IMG/VR virus record: IMGVR_UViG_3300038856_000064
Span: 64,001 to 128,000 of that record
Source of the DNA: a virus
Strand: one strand, 5' to 3'
DNA length: 64,000 nucleotides
The position numbers and the translations under genes were made by a program. Numbering within the stretch: the first letter of the stretch is position 1; every line of letters starts with the position of its first letter. Below are positions 50,101 through 58,445 of this stretch, piece after piece. The notes beneath the pieces are model-generated. The model saw only the letters and a list, made by a program, of their open reading frames with translations. It was not told where the DNA came from and made no database searches.

Positions 50101-50699
50101 TCAACACCGCCACCACCCGCATCAAATCCGCCAAATCCAGCACCACTACGCGCAGTTGGAGGAACTCGTCCACCACCACCGGCACCAATGTCTGCAACAT
50201 TAACAGTACGTGAGCCGGCTGGAAATGGAAGATTGCCCTTTGCCTTACCAACAGAACCGCTTTGACCTAAGCTCCCCATCGTTTTTACAAGAGAACGCAA
50301 ACCACTATTGACCTGCTTCGTCAACTCGTGCATCCTCTGTAGTGAACCCGCAGACTTGCTAGCCGCTTGACGCTGCGCCTTAAACGGGTCTGTCTTTGTA
50401 CCACCAGCTACATTTGTCTGAATATCTAGTTTGGTTTTCTGAACAGCATTTTGCACAGCTCTACGGATCTTAGACTCTACACCCCTGAGGCTATTCTGAT
50501 TTACCTCTAGCTTAAGCTTATTGAGCTTAATGTTATTAAGCTTGGTCTTAACTTTCTTCGCAGCTTCGCCAGCATCAGACACTAATTTCTTTAATGCCGA
50601 TGTATCTACTTTAAATTTTAAAGTCCCAGCATCAAGATTTCCCTTAACCTCGACACCAGTAATCTTTAATTTTGATTCAATATCAAACTGGTCAGCCAA
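44157..50699 (-). CDS. tail tape measure protein
   Basis: 2180 aa; TP901-type core (FNDSLIELNKI, A.EFARAG, GTALKTL.SR), Gly/Ala-rich hydrophobic segment, long coiled coils; TTG start with GGAG. Confidence 0.93.
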   Translation of the reverse strand: MADQFDIESKLKITGVEVKGNLDAGTLKFKVDTSALKKLVSDAGEAAKKVKTKLNNIKLNKLKLEVNQNSLRGVESKIRRAVQNAVQKTKLDIQTNVAGGTKTDPFKAQRQAASKSAGSLQRMHELTKQVNSGLRSLVKTMGSLGQSGSVGKAKGNLPFPAGSRTVNVADIGAGGGGRVPPTARSGAGFGGFDAGGGGVDRLSRGIKEVTSSTEKANLKMKDLEDLTFEVGRKAAAFRGVAIAINTVVNAVQAAVKFVIDFNDSLIELNKILQTSDKTLQMVGNDLFGLSSKTGVAVDQTINIAQEFARAGLAGRGYGTVVELTDRALTGLQGTTLDAAQSSQLFVQIIQQVEANVRGLSKELVTTTKLFDVLGKAEDITASKATDVQQAFKRSAASIFATGATIEQATAVISVLQERTQRGGDVVGTALKTLASRISSSTSDATKALNAIGVQTIDTQGNLRNLFDVLQDTAVAFQTLTESEQADVAVKAAGIRQVEIFRAALQDFGRTQDVTNQLIEATGDATRKQRAEQSKLANVIARLQIAFQQLVRTTSEGVLGEMFIGALKGVEAVATSIAQLDRALGGAASTFTGFLAVGLAAKVLIPMFIGIKRAISFFIHSQDKAAVGMGKIDAQGKMVAQTVEGRMNTAMQRTAMLTAEANNQMKGLSASALFAAKQAERMAKARAAAYLGSAAGQEGVANRARGNMTSQGIDIIATGRAIQEPTKAVGRFGSVTNGASKALQFASRHITFVGLAASVAGGALQSLSNGLNKGGSTGLGAAADIGGGALGGAGTGALLGSFIPGVGTAIGAGVGALAGAIPGLVRTFSDAGNQTDELRRRYIELGIVQTENGEITSAVAQKLDESLRNLKSFKNFELKLEEGRLQDLFDPGGAQARKEKIQGSRQSAQQGLRASFDRSASAAEQNARIFQALSKTLEARTGEQLDLSASDLLLKSSPILNEIGETTLRELERETLSLAESFGTSTDQVRQIFDEEISRVRNKPLTADAIKKAEQTLSRDVEGFIEGLDVLIPAGGQIARAAEEQAGKFKEAVSAIALGQGGEEAQKIVRETLADVLTGKTILQGGSGENIVSSAGRGELQSLVDQASSFATKRQNVGTQGIGQATPEILKRIGELIRKDVGAEASAKAQDRIIKSQERVADAFSSIRLELPLDKFDRFLDEPVDKLQFALREFISEFGREVGKLNETRLKATTPQIELADALARHASETAKSLTRRADLEKSDALQKARVEFQTIAGPGERQFGNLDALRAKLGEGIIPQDAERRIKDSGRNMKDFLNGLDNIDLAELFEIDESDANKIRDAAVRTTGGALKDLFKTLFDTGRKLADEGVIDPDAQRAALQNARGGLDLTGVNDEQIKKVTDGVLGLLKTFTKLDTEALQATITSNKAMVDALKKRLTEEQKTIALDQRRREVTALNARAISEELTGIRRLVAEREIEARLADGVIAASQSRLSGLDAEIMKLNAIETTEQNRVGVLDQLKTLEDERVQESIKLEESLAKQRIASIRNTLSVAKEATNAAKVAAEFEKKRITGLAEISKLLSVDQSEMSKFNAELNTLGAEFRVSQAELAAEATVVNATITDQAEKEARLSDIKKRGAALALEQAQAEAQIIQKRREAIKQVSQELVGNAQEQVDAQRAVIEATAAVGDAFESYLQAVDGAIMATTRYNLGLSLAAVETTKITGGFSGLRQEIGAVQDTFRSAERLARDLGASEKTLVEIRRESINQQLTLFNNLLQEQSQLARNFFTSSTQDQADLFSGIQEAGAVADLLGGSFGEFKKLGESAINDLGAQLLALPQETRQRIVSSLETLRSVGGEVGGFTADQLLTAIETSSLGVSGEGLQVDPLFEIQERIAGLQEQQAQIATEQLIASQEQVIAAKEQLEQAQAQKDLAEIQLERVKEEGDKLRGKLGELQGQLNTTLLQQEQTQRQGFSAVTGAITRVGEAVVSRLPDAFSVRVAEAFREVMNSGGVPVSNAQVGSDARRTPESDGKILSDAQREAGRNRAQVQQMMGQAGPSVVNTAVASSSALPGAGGGNLSDLNNDTVRRLEDIVTQLKDLNTTSESNLAVTEAIRDSSGSTVGTATAVAGSDGTEITINVEGQTNVTVTGFEAGVARLATTLAESLGGFVSNDEARRIANEVLENIRTELLRRGIISPTTL

Positions 50700-50719
50700 C
50701 TGCTACTCCAATAAATTAA

Positions 50720-51433
50720 TTAATTAGCAAGCTTCTTACGGGTTGTTTTCTTTCTAGTTGTCTTTTTTTTCGCTGTTCTCTTCTTAGTAACTCTGGGTTT
50801 AGTTTTAGCCTTAGGCTTCTCTGCATCTGCTAAGATCTGCTTCTCTACGCCACGAACATATCCAACTTCCGGAAGGCTGGTAAGCGATTCCTGAAAAGTT
50901 GCACTTGATAATTCAAAGAGCTTTTCCCTAGCAGCTAGCACAACAGGCTCTTCTGCACGATCAATAAAGTCATGATAGTCCTTGAACACCTTTTTATTAG
51001 TGTCAGCATAAACTGTAGCATATGCTATATATGCATCACGACGAATACTGTCAGCTAGCATCTCGCAAGAATTAGATAATACAGCCGCCTTTGCCTCGAT
51101 CAACTTAAGACAATCGCTACGTAGAACACCCATCTCTTGTGCGATAGCCAACCCCTCTTCGTGGGTATTCGACTTCTCTAGTTTGATTTGTAGATCTACA
51201 ATTTGGCGCTGAACTACACCTAGAGTTTCTTCATCTTCCTTGGTCCAAATGCCCAATTCCGACATCTCACGCTCTAACGTGGCCTTCGGAAGAATTCCTC
51301 GTTTCATTAATTGAATATAAGCAATATGATATTCTGTGTCGCATTTCCGCTCTATCTCTACATTTTCAACCAATAATTTAAACTTAGCTGTCTTGCCATC
51401 AACTATTGACTCAAATTCCATTCCATCACTCAT
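50720..51433 (-). CDS. putative tail assembly chaperone with Lys/Arg-rich tail
   Basis: Position before the tape measure gene; resembles the N-half of 51971..53275; ends KKRTAKKKTTRKKTTRKK. Confidence 0.55.
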   Translation of the reverse strand: MSDGMEFESIVDGKTAKFKLLVENVEIERKCDTEYHIAYIQLMKRGILPKATLEREMSELGIWTKEDEETLGVVQRQIVDLQIKLEKSNTHEEGLAIAQEMGVLRSDCLKLIEAKAAVLSNSCEMLADSIRRDAYIAYATVYADTNKKVFKDYHDFIDRAEEPVVLAAREKLFELSSATFQESLTSLPEVGYVRGVEKQILADAEKPKAKTKPRVTKKRTAKKKTTRKKTTRKKLAN

Positions 51434-51962
51434 TTCCTAACCCCTCAAGATATATTTCGCATACAACATCCCGCCATTCACGATAGTCTCCATGGGCAAT
51501 TTTAACACCAGCAATCTGGGCTAGGTCCAAAAATGGCAGCAAGGAATCAACAATATCGTCTAAACCGGCACAGGTATATACTTTCTTATACACTATTCCA
51601 GCACCAACACTGTTACGGATTTTATTCAGAAGATTAAAATCACCAAATATGCGGAATACTGGTATCACATCATCCTCCTCGATAACATCCACCTCAGCAT
51701 CTCCTAATGCCTTGATAATATCTCGGCTAAATGATACTTTTCCAGGAGGAGAATCAGCAACTAGCTGAGTTAATGAGCGAGTAGTATCCCCGGCGGCGTT
51801 AAGAATCTCGCTACGGGCAATTTTTAGATCCGCGCCCGTCAAAACGACCTCCTCCTCGTCTTTTAGATCTCCCAAGTCGCACTGAATCGTATGCTCAATA
51901 CACGCCAAGATACGAACAGCCATTCCACGCAATCTTTTTTGGATTACCTTATCAAACTCCAT
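51426..51962 (-). CDS. hypothetical protein
   Basis: 178 aa, GGAG RBS. Confidence 0.7.
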   Translation of the reverse strand: MEFDKVIQKRLRGMAVRILACIEHTIQCDLGDLKDEEEVVLTGADLKIARSEILNAAGDTTRSLTQLVADSPPGKVSFSRDIIKALGDAEVDVIEEDDVIPVFRIFGDFNLLNKIRNSVGAGIVYKKVYTCAGLDDIVDSLLPFLDLAQIAGVKIAHGDYREWRDVVCEIYLEGLGNE

Positions 51963-51970
51963 TTTATCTC

Positions 51971-53275
51971 CTAACTGGGTCTAGCCCTACCTTTTTTATC
52001 TTTCGTAAATTCACCTGGTCCGTAATACTTCGTATCTAGACCTAGCGCACTACGGGCCTTATCACCACGCAAGCGCTGCTCCTCCATACCATCTACCCCA
52101 ACACTCGCAAGATGTTTCTGTTCACTTGCAAGCAATTTGCGTACTCTATCTGGATTAGTGGATTGTATTTCCTCTACCTTCTCACTCTTTGTTTTTTCAT
52201 CATAATAGAGGAATACTCCATAAGAACAACTAGGTGGATGAATATGTCCACGTTTATCATGACCGCGAGACTCTGCCTCTTCTAGGATGCCGCATGTGCA
52301 TTCCTGACAATATTCGCCCATAACATTAAAGCCCACCTCGTTGGCGCCAGATTTTTTATCAAGCCTATTGAGCTTCTTATCAAACTCTGACTTCTTTCTC
52401 TCTTGCTCGCGCTTCTTATGCTGTTCCTCTAGCCAACGGTCGAACAACTTGTCATCTTCGATAACGTCATCAGATGGTGCCTCCATAGACTCAAAAGCGG
52501 AGTCATACACTTGGGACCAATATACTAATCTGAACTGATCCAATGTTAAGTCAAACATCTCTCGATCAAATAATGTCCTGACGCCGCGATTCTTTTTGGA
52601 TGCCATCCACTTACATCGCCAAAATCCAGAACGCGCGATACGGCGAATTGATGCCTCATCTGCAATAGATTCATTATAGTAAGTGCGCAGTAATCTGACC
52701 ACTAACCCCGTATCTTGCTCTCTATTCAGATCATCTAGAGTATTCCATACCTGATTCATTTCTGGAAAAGATAACGTCGCACATTTTAGAAAGTAATTGC
52801 CACGTTCGCATTCAGCGGCATATTCTACGCTCGGCAATTCTATATGCTCAGTATATATCTTTTCTAGTAGTCCGATAGACTCAGAAATATGGAATGCTTT
52901 TGTGTTTAGTTTCTTAAACCTTGAGGTGGGCCTTAGTCGCTTTTTCCTACCCTTACTATCAAGCATTTTCGTTTTTTCTTCTAACGACCGCTCCTCAGTA
53001 ATAACAATAAGCTCTTTACGTAATGACTCTAGGTCGCTATCATAATGAACTCGCCACATGCCTGCATGAATAGCATGCTTTTTAAGTTCATCACGGGTCA
53101 TAAGGGTTGAGGTATCCATAAAGTGCTTATGGATATAATTACCAATATTCTTTTCTTCTAATGTAAGTGGACGAAAAACAAATGTTTTCATCTCTCCATT
53201 ATTATCCTTAACCTCTATTATTCTGCGACCCCAGGTCACTGCATCTAGAAGCTCCCCAATATCCTGCTCTTTCAT
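51971..53275 (-). CDS. putative tail assembly chaperone (start revised to MKEQDIG)
   Basis: Follows the tail tube gene; GAGAGGA RBS before ATG 53275; C-terminal CxxCxC...HxHxxxC. Confidence 0.6.
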   Translation of the reverse strand: MKEQDIGELLDAVTWGRRIIEVKDNNGEMKTFVFRPLTLEEKNIGNYIHKHFMDTSTLMTRDELKKHAIHAGMWRVHYDSDLESLRKELIVITEERSLEEKTKMLDSKGRKKRLRPTSRFKKLNTKAFHISESIGLLEKIYTEHIELPSVEYAAECERGNYFLKCATLSFPEMNQVWNTLDDLNREQDTGLVVRLLRTYYNESIADEASIRRIARSGFWRCKWMASKKNRGVRTLFDREMFDLTLDQFRLVYWSQVYDSAFESMEAPSDDVIEDDKLFDRWLEEQHKKREQERKKSEFDKKLNRLDKKSGANEVGFNVMGEYCQECTCGILEEAESRGHDKRGHIHPPSCSYGVFLYYDEKTKSEKVEEIQSTNPDRVRKLLASEQKHLASVGVDGMEEQRLRGDKARSALGLDTKYYGPGEFTKDKKGRARPS

Positions 53276-53310
53276 AACAATCCTCTCTATCCAATCCAAC
53301 CCCAAAGGGT

Positions 53311-53340
53311 AAAGGCCCACCCCTCCTACAGGGGTGAGCC
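53311..53340 (-). terminator. terminator-like hairpin after the tail tube gene
   Basis: GGCUCACCCCU-GUAGG-AGGGGUGGGCC followed by a short U tract (probably leaky). Confidence 0.65.
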
Positions 53341-53354
53341 CAAACTATCATTCA

Positions 53355-54734
53355 TTAGCTATCGTCAAAACTATTTGGGAATGGCGCGGCGCCGATATTG
53401 AATCGATCACTTCCATTCTCAAACACTAGCGTTCTGTGGTTCGGTTGGAACCTATCATGACTAATTGTTAGTGAGTTAAACGAACTAAAGTTGTAGGTGA
53501 CTGTCATGTTGTCGCCACCAGCCTCACCACCACCAACATCGATAGTCGTTAGAACATTCGAGTCACCAACATCTACTTGGAGACCGTCACAGGTACGAAC
53601 GATAATTGTGTTATTGGCAGTTTGGTTAGGACCACAATCAACTTCAGATGTCGCATCGACTAGGTCACCCTGAGATGTGACAACTTCAATCGCAGTTGTA
53701 ACTTCTACAGGAAAGGTTACATACTTGGTGAATGGACGCAGCGAGCCTAGCTCGAAAATGTCATCACGACCAATGTCTGCGGTTACTGTTACTGATTGTA
53801 GGTGCTCAACTACACCACTCGTATTTGAAGTTACGACTAGTTGGGTCAAGGCGTTGCCAGCAGAGTCTACTGCGCCAGAAACACCAACTGCGGCGTATCC
53901 CTTTTCGATTAGCTGCTCAACACTGACACCAGAACCGAGCGGCGAAGTGATACCAGGGATGTCAGACGGAAGAACCGAACGACGGATATCTACTTCCTCA
54001 CGACGCTGGACACCAGAACCGACGATAAGCACGCCGAAGCCTGCTTCACCACCAGCTAGTTCCTGAACGCCACCCAATGGCTCGTGACCGAATACACCAG
54101 ACGGAACACCCTCAGGGGTCTCACTATCAGGTGGAGTCAATGCCGGTGGATAGGTATTAACGGCTTCACCAGGAACACTGGCGTCAAAGTTTGCCCACTT
54201 CTTATCGTTACCGACAAGAGTAATGGATTCGTTTACTGCACCATCGACAGGGAAGGTGTAAGCAACGGTTGATAGATACATACCCGACAAAAGCACTGCC
54301 GAAAGTGGCGAAGCGGTATTTGCACGGAATTGTGTATCTGAATAAATGTTAAGAATAATATCACTGCGATGGAACGCAGTCTTTCCAACTAGATCCGTAA
54401 ACGTGGGATCAGTCAGCATGAACCACAATGGCTTAGTACCGTCGATAATCTTCTCGACAGTTACCTCAACATCCGGCTGACGCTCCGAGTACTCGTAAAG
54501 CTCAACCTGACCAAGCTGGAAAACCGTTTCACGGTTAAAGTTAGTCGACATAGCGACTGACTGTACACCGCGTGGGACTTCCCAAAGGCCAGCTACTTCA
54601 TCTACCGAAGCGGCAGAAAATAGACCGGATGCATATTCGCGCGCGTTAAGTGGTGCCACGCTGTTAGTTGGACCCGCAGCATTATCCTTGATCGCCACCT
54701 GCTCAAGGGCGTAAAAAGTTCTGCGATTTGGCAT
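53355..54734 (-). CDS. major tail (tube) protein
   Basis: Two related halves (GVQSV...FQLGQ.ELYE and HLQSV...IFELG...PF); strong RBS, own promoter and terminator; position. Confidence 0.75.
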   Translation of the reverse strand: MPNRRTFYALEQVAIKDNAAGPTNSVAPLNAREYASGLFSAASVDEVAGLWEVPRGVQSVAMSTNFNRETVFQLGQVELYEYSERQPDVEVTVEKIIDGTKPLWFMLTDPTFTDLVGKTAFHRSDIILNIYSDTQFRANTASPLSAVLLSGMYLSTVAYTFPVDGAVNESITLVGNDKKWANFDASVPGEAVNTYPPALTPPDSETPEGVPSGVFGHEPLGGVQELAGGEAGFGVLIVGSGVQRREEVDIRRSVLPSDIPGITSPLGSGVSVEQLIEKGYAAVGVSGAVDSAGNALTQLVVTSNTSGVVEHLQSVTVTADIGRDDIFELGSLRPFTKYVTFPVEVTTAIEVVTSQGDLVDATSEVDCGPNQTANNTIIVRTCDGLQVDVGDSNVLTTIDVGGGEAGGDNMTVTYNFSSFNSLTISHDRFQPNHRTLVFENGSDRFNIGAAPFPNSFDDS

Positions 54735-54795
54735 TAGTTACCTCCTAATTTGCGTGTCTGATCAGATGCATCTTGAGCACTTAAGCTCAGCTTAA

Positions 54796-54806
54796 TTATA
54801 CACTAA
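54796..54806 (-). promoter_or_regulatory. class II (late-type) promoter
   Basis: TTAGTGTATAA upstream of the tail tube gene. Confidence 0.7.
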
Positions 54807-54958
54807 ACACCCTAAAGCAATGTCGCCTACTGATATTAAATTGCTTGGCAATAACGTCTACAGCCACCCCTTCTTGATTTAGTTGCTTAATTTGGATAAT
54901 ATCATCTAGAGATAATTTTCTTACACATTGCAATTTTGTAAATATACCCAATCATCAT
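54796..54958 (-). pseudogene. collapsed GIY-YIG homing endonuclease relic; not in ORF track
   Basis: ATGA-coupled start MMIGYIYKI, then in the +1 frame an HTH: KLSLDDIIQIKQLNQEGVAVDVIAKQFNISRRHCFRV*. Confidence 0.65.
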
Positions 54959-56013
54959 GACTCGTAATTCACTCCATCAACGCCCTCTAGACCTATATCA
55001 AGCCCAAATGGGGTAGTGGGCATAATGGCATGTATCTGAACAGATAAGCGCACCACAGCCCTCTCAAAGACGTCCTGCTGAGTCGTAGCATCTGAAAAAA
55101 AGGAATCTAAGTCTACTAGCTCAGTTTCCTGAATAAAACCTCTAAACGCCACTGGATTTATTCCAGAAAAGGCTGGACCTGGCAATGGCTGATTTAAAGC
55201 TAATGAGCTATAAGGAACATAATCTGGACTTAGCTCATTCTTCAAGCCAGACAATGGAAATGGCGCTATATTATAATTAATGACCGGAAAGCTTTTTCTA
55301 GCCTGTAGAGACACTAAATCTATTAGATTATCTCTTGTGCTTTCGTCTAATGCCCAGATCTCGCATTTTAATTCATCTGTTAAAACTAAAGACCTATCAC
55401 CTAGTTGATAGTTAGAGTGTGTTCGCCTAACATTCTCAGTAAATATAATGGGAAGTGGTATAACCCTAGTTGATCCAGATGGATAGATTAGTTGTCCGGC
55501 AGTAAATGGATTACTCTTATACTGAGCCTCAAGCGCACCCTCTCTCAACTGATTGTTAAATTGACGCAGATTCAGAATCTGAACATTTTTATATGAAAAC
55601 TCTCCATGAACGGTTGTATCCAGTGGTAATGGACTATCAAAAATAATACGTCCATTTATATAGTCAATGCTATGTGGATAAACTGCATCGTTCTCTAAGC
55701 GAAAGGCGCCGTCAATATAAACACCGCTAGCACGAAACGCAGTTGGCCAATGCCTAAGAATAACGGAGGGATTGAGTGCTGGCGGATTCTGGTATATCCA
55801 GTTACGAAATAGAGATTGCCATACCTGACCAGGCTGATAACCACCTTCTGCTAATATCTCTTGCGCCGTATCCGGTACCAAAAGACTCATGTCGCTACCA
55901 TCATAAAATTGCGTACCACTTGTAACTATATCATAACAACCATCACGAAGCAATTCGGCATCTAGAAACTCACGCCAACTGTGCTTGAGCAAAAATCTCG
56001 GTTTAAAAAACAT
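54955..56013 (-). CDS. putative tail terminator/completion protein
   Basis: Position before the tail tube; IDYINGRIIF, LPIIF.E, YQLG, RDNLID. Confidence 0.55.
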   Translation of the reverse strand: MFFKPRFLLKHSWREFLDAELLRDGCYDIVTSGTQFYDGSDMSLLVPDTAQEILAEGGYQPGQVWQSLFRNWIYQNPPALNPSVILRHWPTAFRASGVYIDGAFRLENDAVYPHSIDYINGRIIFDSPLPLDTTVHGEFSYKNVQILNLRQFNNQLREGALEAQYKSNPFTAGQLIYPSGSTRVIPLPIIFTENVRRTHSNYQLGDRSLVLTDELKCEIWALDESTRDNLIDLVSLQARKSFPVINYNIAPFPLSGLKNELSPDYVPYSSLALNQPLPGPAFSGINPVAFRGFIQETELVDLDSFFSDATTQQDVFERAVVRLSVQIHAIMPTTPFGLDIGLEGVDGVNYES

Positions 56014-56014
56014 A

Positions 56015-57010
56015 CTATCCCCTCAATAATGCCTTGATAGAAGTACTCATAACTCGTCGCGTCCAAGTACCAAGATCAAGCTTTTGTTGTAGCCACCACC
56101 TATCCCAAAACCCATTAAACTTTGGACTTGGTGCATAGTCCGCAGTGACGTTTCCAAATGTTTCTGACGGAGACTTGCCGCTCTTACCTGCGCGGTTACT
56201 CATCATAATCGCAGCAAATTCGCCTGCATTACTCCTAGTACGTGAAATACGGATTAATCCTTCAGTAATACTAACCCTACGCAAATTAAGGCCAGTGGAC
56301 GATTTATTACTAGGGCTACGCTTCAAGGATTGGCGAAGATCTCGCACTCTTACTAACGCGAACCCAGGAGTACCGCCACTAGCAAAATGAGGACCAGTAA
56401 CTAGACTTAGCCATGAATAGAACGGTCCCCTTGCTCCACTTTCAAATCTAGATGGATGAGGAGTTAACTTAAGCAACCTAGTCTGATCAAAATTGAATCT
56501 TATCTGTGGACCATCCTTACGAATGATAACATCTACAGTAATTGATTGTAGTAGGGCTGCCTTAAGATTACGAATCGACTCACTAGGATCAGGCAAACCA
56601 ATCTCTCCAGCGCCAGCCTTGCTCTTAATAAATTTTGCGAACCCCTCTTGATCCAGTGGAGTTCCCGGCTTAGCTTGTCCTAAACTACGACCAAGGACTC
56701 TAACGCTTGGATTTCCGGCACCCACCAAGCCCGCTATCACAGATTCCATAGCTATCTTTAGGTGACGCTCCAGCTCGGCTGCTCGTTCTGAAAATATCTT
56801 ACGAAGAACAAGTCGTCGTGCCTGACTTTTGATACTACCCTTATCGTTCGCATCTACCTTAAATGTGAACTGTGCGGATTTGCGCTTGCCTTTAATAGTT
56901 GGCGCTACACCAGGCGCACCCTGAAACGCAGCAGCAGTGACGCGCCTAAGTGACCGTCCCACGCTCTGCATCTCATCATGGAGGGAGATTTCAACCTTAT
57001 TCTTAGCCAT
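56015..57010 (-). CDS. putative neck protein (basic)
   Basis: 331 aa in the head-tail joining block. Confidence 0.5.
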   Translation of the reverse strand: MAKNKVEISLHDEMQSVGRSLRRVTAAAFQGAPGVAPTIKGKRKSAQFTFKVDANDKGSIKSQARRLVLRKIFSERAAELERHLKIAMESVIAGLVGAGNPSVRVLGRSLGQAKPGTPLDQEGFAKFIKSKAGAGEIGLPDPSESIRNLKAALLQSITVDVIIRKDGPQIRFNFDQTRLLKLTPHPSRFESGARGPFYSWLSLVTGPHFASGGTPGFALVRVRDLRQSLKRSPSNKSSTGLNLRRVSITEGLIRISRTRSNAGEFAAIMMSNRAGKSGKSPSETFGNVTADYAPSPKFNGFWDRWWLQQKLDLGTWTRRVMSTSIKALLRG

Positions 57011-57542
57011 TTTGAACTTCGTTAATTGCCTTCCATTTGCAAATTATATATCTCACGTCGCGGAAACCAATTGGTCGGATTGACTCAAGTACATAGCGTG
57101 AACCATCAATAGTCGCAGATTGACATTCTTCTACGTGCGGACGAGCTTCTAGAACTAATGTTGTGGCGACCTCATCCTTGAGTAATTCGATACCGCCCTT
57201 GTCGTCGGAATCCCTCGGGCCATGCTTAATCTGTGCTACGTATGTCGCGTCACGATGCACAAGCTTTACTGCTGGCGTTCTAGTGGTAGAGATCTGATTC
57301 GGAGCCATACGCCCACCACGACGATCAAATGGATTGTAACGAAGCGCCGGCGTACTTGCTTGTAACCCTGATGAGTCAATCGTCTTTTCTGGAGTTAGGT
57401 GTAAAACGATATTTCGCCCTAGTGCGAAGAAAGCGCTATCAAAAATACCGTGATAGCAATCCTCAAACTCGTTTTGAATTTCAGAAAACGAACCATCATC
57501 AGAAGGTGTACCAAGTGGATTAATATCTCTCTTTTCTACCAT
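57003..57542 (-). CDS. putative head closure/stopper protein
   Basis: Position; C-terminal beta pattern IDGSRY.L...PIGF...RYI. Confidence 0.5.
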   Translation of the reverse strand: MVEKRDINPLGTPSDDGSFSEIQNEFEDCYHGIFDSAFFALGRNIVLHLTPEKTIDSSGLQASTPALRYNPFDRRGGRMAPNQISTTRTPAVKLVHRDATYVAQIKHGPRDSDDKGGIELLKDEVATTLVLEARPHVEECQSATIDGSRYVLESIRPIGFRDVRYIICKWKAINEVQNG

Positions 57543-57552
57543 CGTGGCCCCC

Positions 57553-58104
57553 TTATCTAATATTAAGTCTAATTCTACACCAACCCGCCGTCGGAATTAT
57601 AACTGGTTCTGGATTGACGATATATTCTACACCGCCTACCCTCATAGATGATGTCGCCCCTTGTGCCCCAGGAACCTTAATAGTCGGATCATTTAGAGAA
57701 CTGTCAAATGTCCCTATTCTCTTGCTACTCCATGTCGTATTTGCTGTGATTAAGCCGGAGGGGGCAAGATATGCTGGCGCGCCGGGGCGGATTGCGTTTG
57801 GATCAACATGAGGATGTATCGCGTTTGTAACAACCACACCTAGAATGATGTATGGGTAGGATGTAAATGGTGGATAGGCCCTATGCGTATTCCATGGGAC
57901 TACTGCGCGAGATAAATCGACCTCTTCTTGATCGTGTTGCTGCATACCAAGAGGAACGGTATTACTATCTGGATTAGGCTCATAGACCGCATATTGGATG
58001 CCGCTAAGGGTAGCTAATGACAGGATACCCCCACGCTCGACCTGGAACGGGTTTGTGAACTGAACTCTTGTATCAAAGATTTGTTGTTCTGGTCCGATTG
58101 CCAT
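57553..58104 (-). CDS. second head-decoration-like protein (paralog of 62128..62610)
   Basis: PLGM, GAPAYLAPSG, RIGTF.S, GWCRIRL versus PMGV, GQPAYLAPNG, RVGQF.S, GFAKVRI. Confidence 0.65.
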   Translation of the reverse strand: MAIGPEQQIFDTRVQFTNPFQVERGGILSLATLSGIQYAVYEPNPDSNTVPLGMQQHDQEEVDLSRAVVPWNTHRAYPPFTSYPYIILGVVVTNAIHPHVDPNAIRPGAPAYLAPSGLITANTTWSSKRIGTFDSSLNDPTIKVPGAQGATSSMRVGGVEYIVNPEPVIIPTAGWCRIRLNIR

Positions 58105-58112
58105 TGACTAAC

Positions 58113-58445
58113 CTAACAGTTGTACTTAATAAACTTGCGTAACTTTCTACGACGTGACTCATTTGATCTTCTAGATGTAAAACCGAATGCCTTACATAAG
58201 TCACACATTTGATCCCAGGATAGCGAACGAATCTGGGAAAACGTAAAAGTGATATTTGGAAACTCGCGTCCAGGAAACATCTTCTCTAGCGTGCGCTTAG
58301 AATATGGAACCTGAATTAATGTGCCTCTATAAGCCTTATATGTCTCCCAAGGAACCTTAACTGGATCATAACGCTCAAGATAGCCATAGATCCTTTTCCC
58401 ATCAATAATCGTTGAGCCATATGGATATGAAAAATGTACGAGCAT
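58113..58445 (-). CDS. hypothetical basic protein
   Basis: 110 aa, abuts the upstream stop. Confidence 0.6.
   Translation of the reverse strand: MLVHFSYPYGSTIIDGKRIYGYLERYDPVKVPWETYKAYRGTLIQVPYSKRTLEKMFPGREFPNITFTFSQIRSLSWDQMCDLCKAFGFTSRRSNESRRRKLRKFIKYNC

Noticed and set aside
51586-51596. Possible fifth class II promoter (ATAGTGTATAA on the minus strand)
   Set aside because: One mismatch, inside a coding region, and no supporting context, so left uncalled.
51971-52010. Programmed -1 frameshift in the tail chaperone (GAT AAA AAA GGT)
   Set aside because: Not a correctly phased X XXY YYZ heptamer, and the next gene has its own GGAG RBS and ATG.
6315-53320. ORF-track starts at 7352, 8641, 9701, 22718 and 53320
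   Set aside because: They overlap upstream genes or a terminator; downstream starts (7223, 8584, 9632/9620, 22673, 53275) fit RBS, coupling or family N-termini better.
44157-57010. Contractile tail (sheath, baseplate wedge genes)
   Set aside because: No sheath-like ORF between the neck genes and the tape measure gene.
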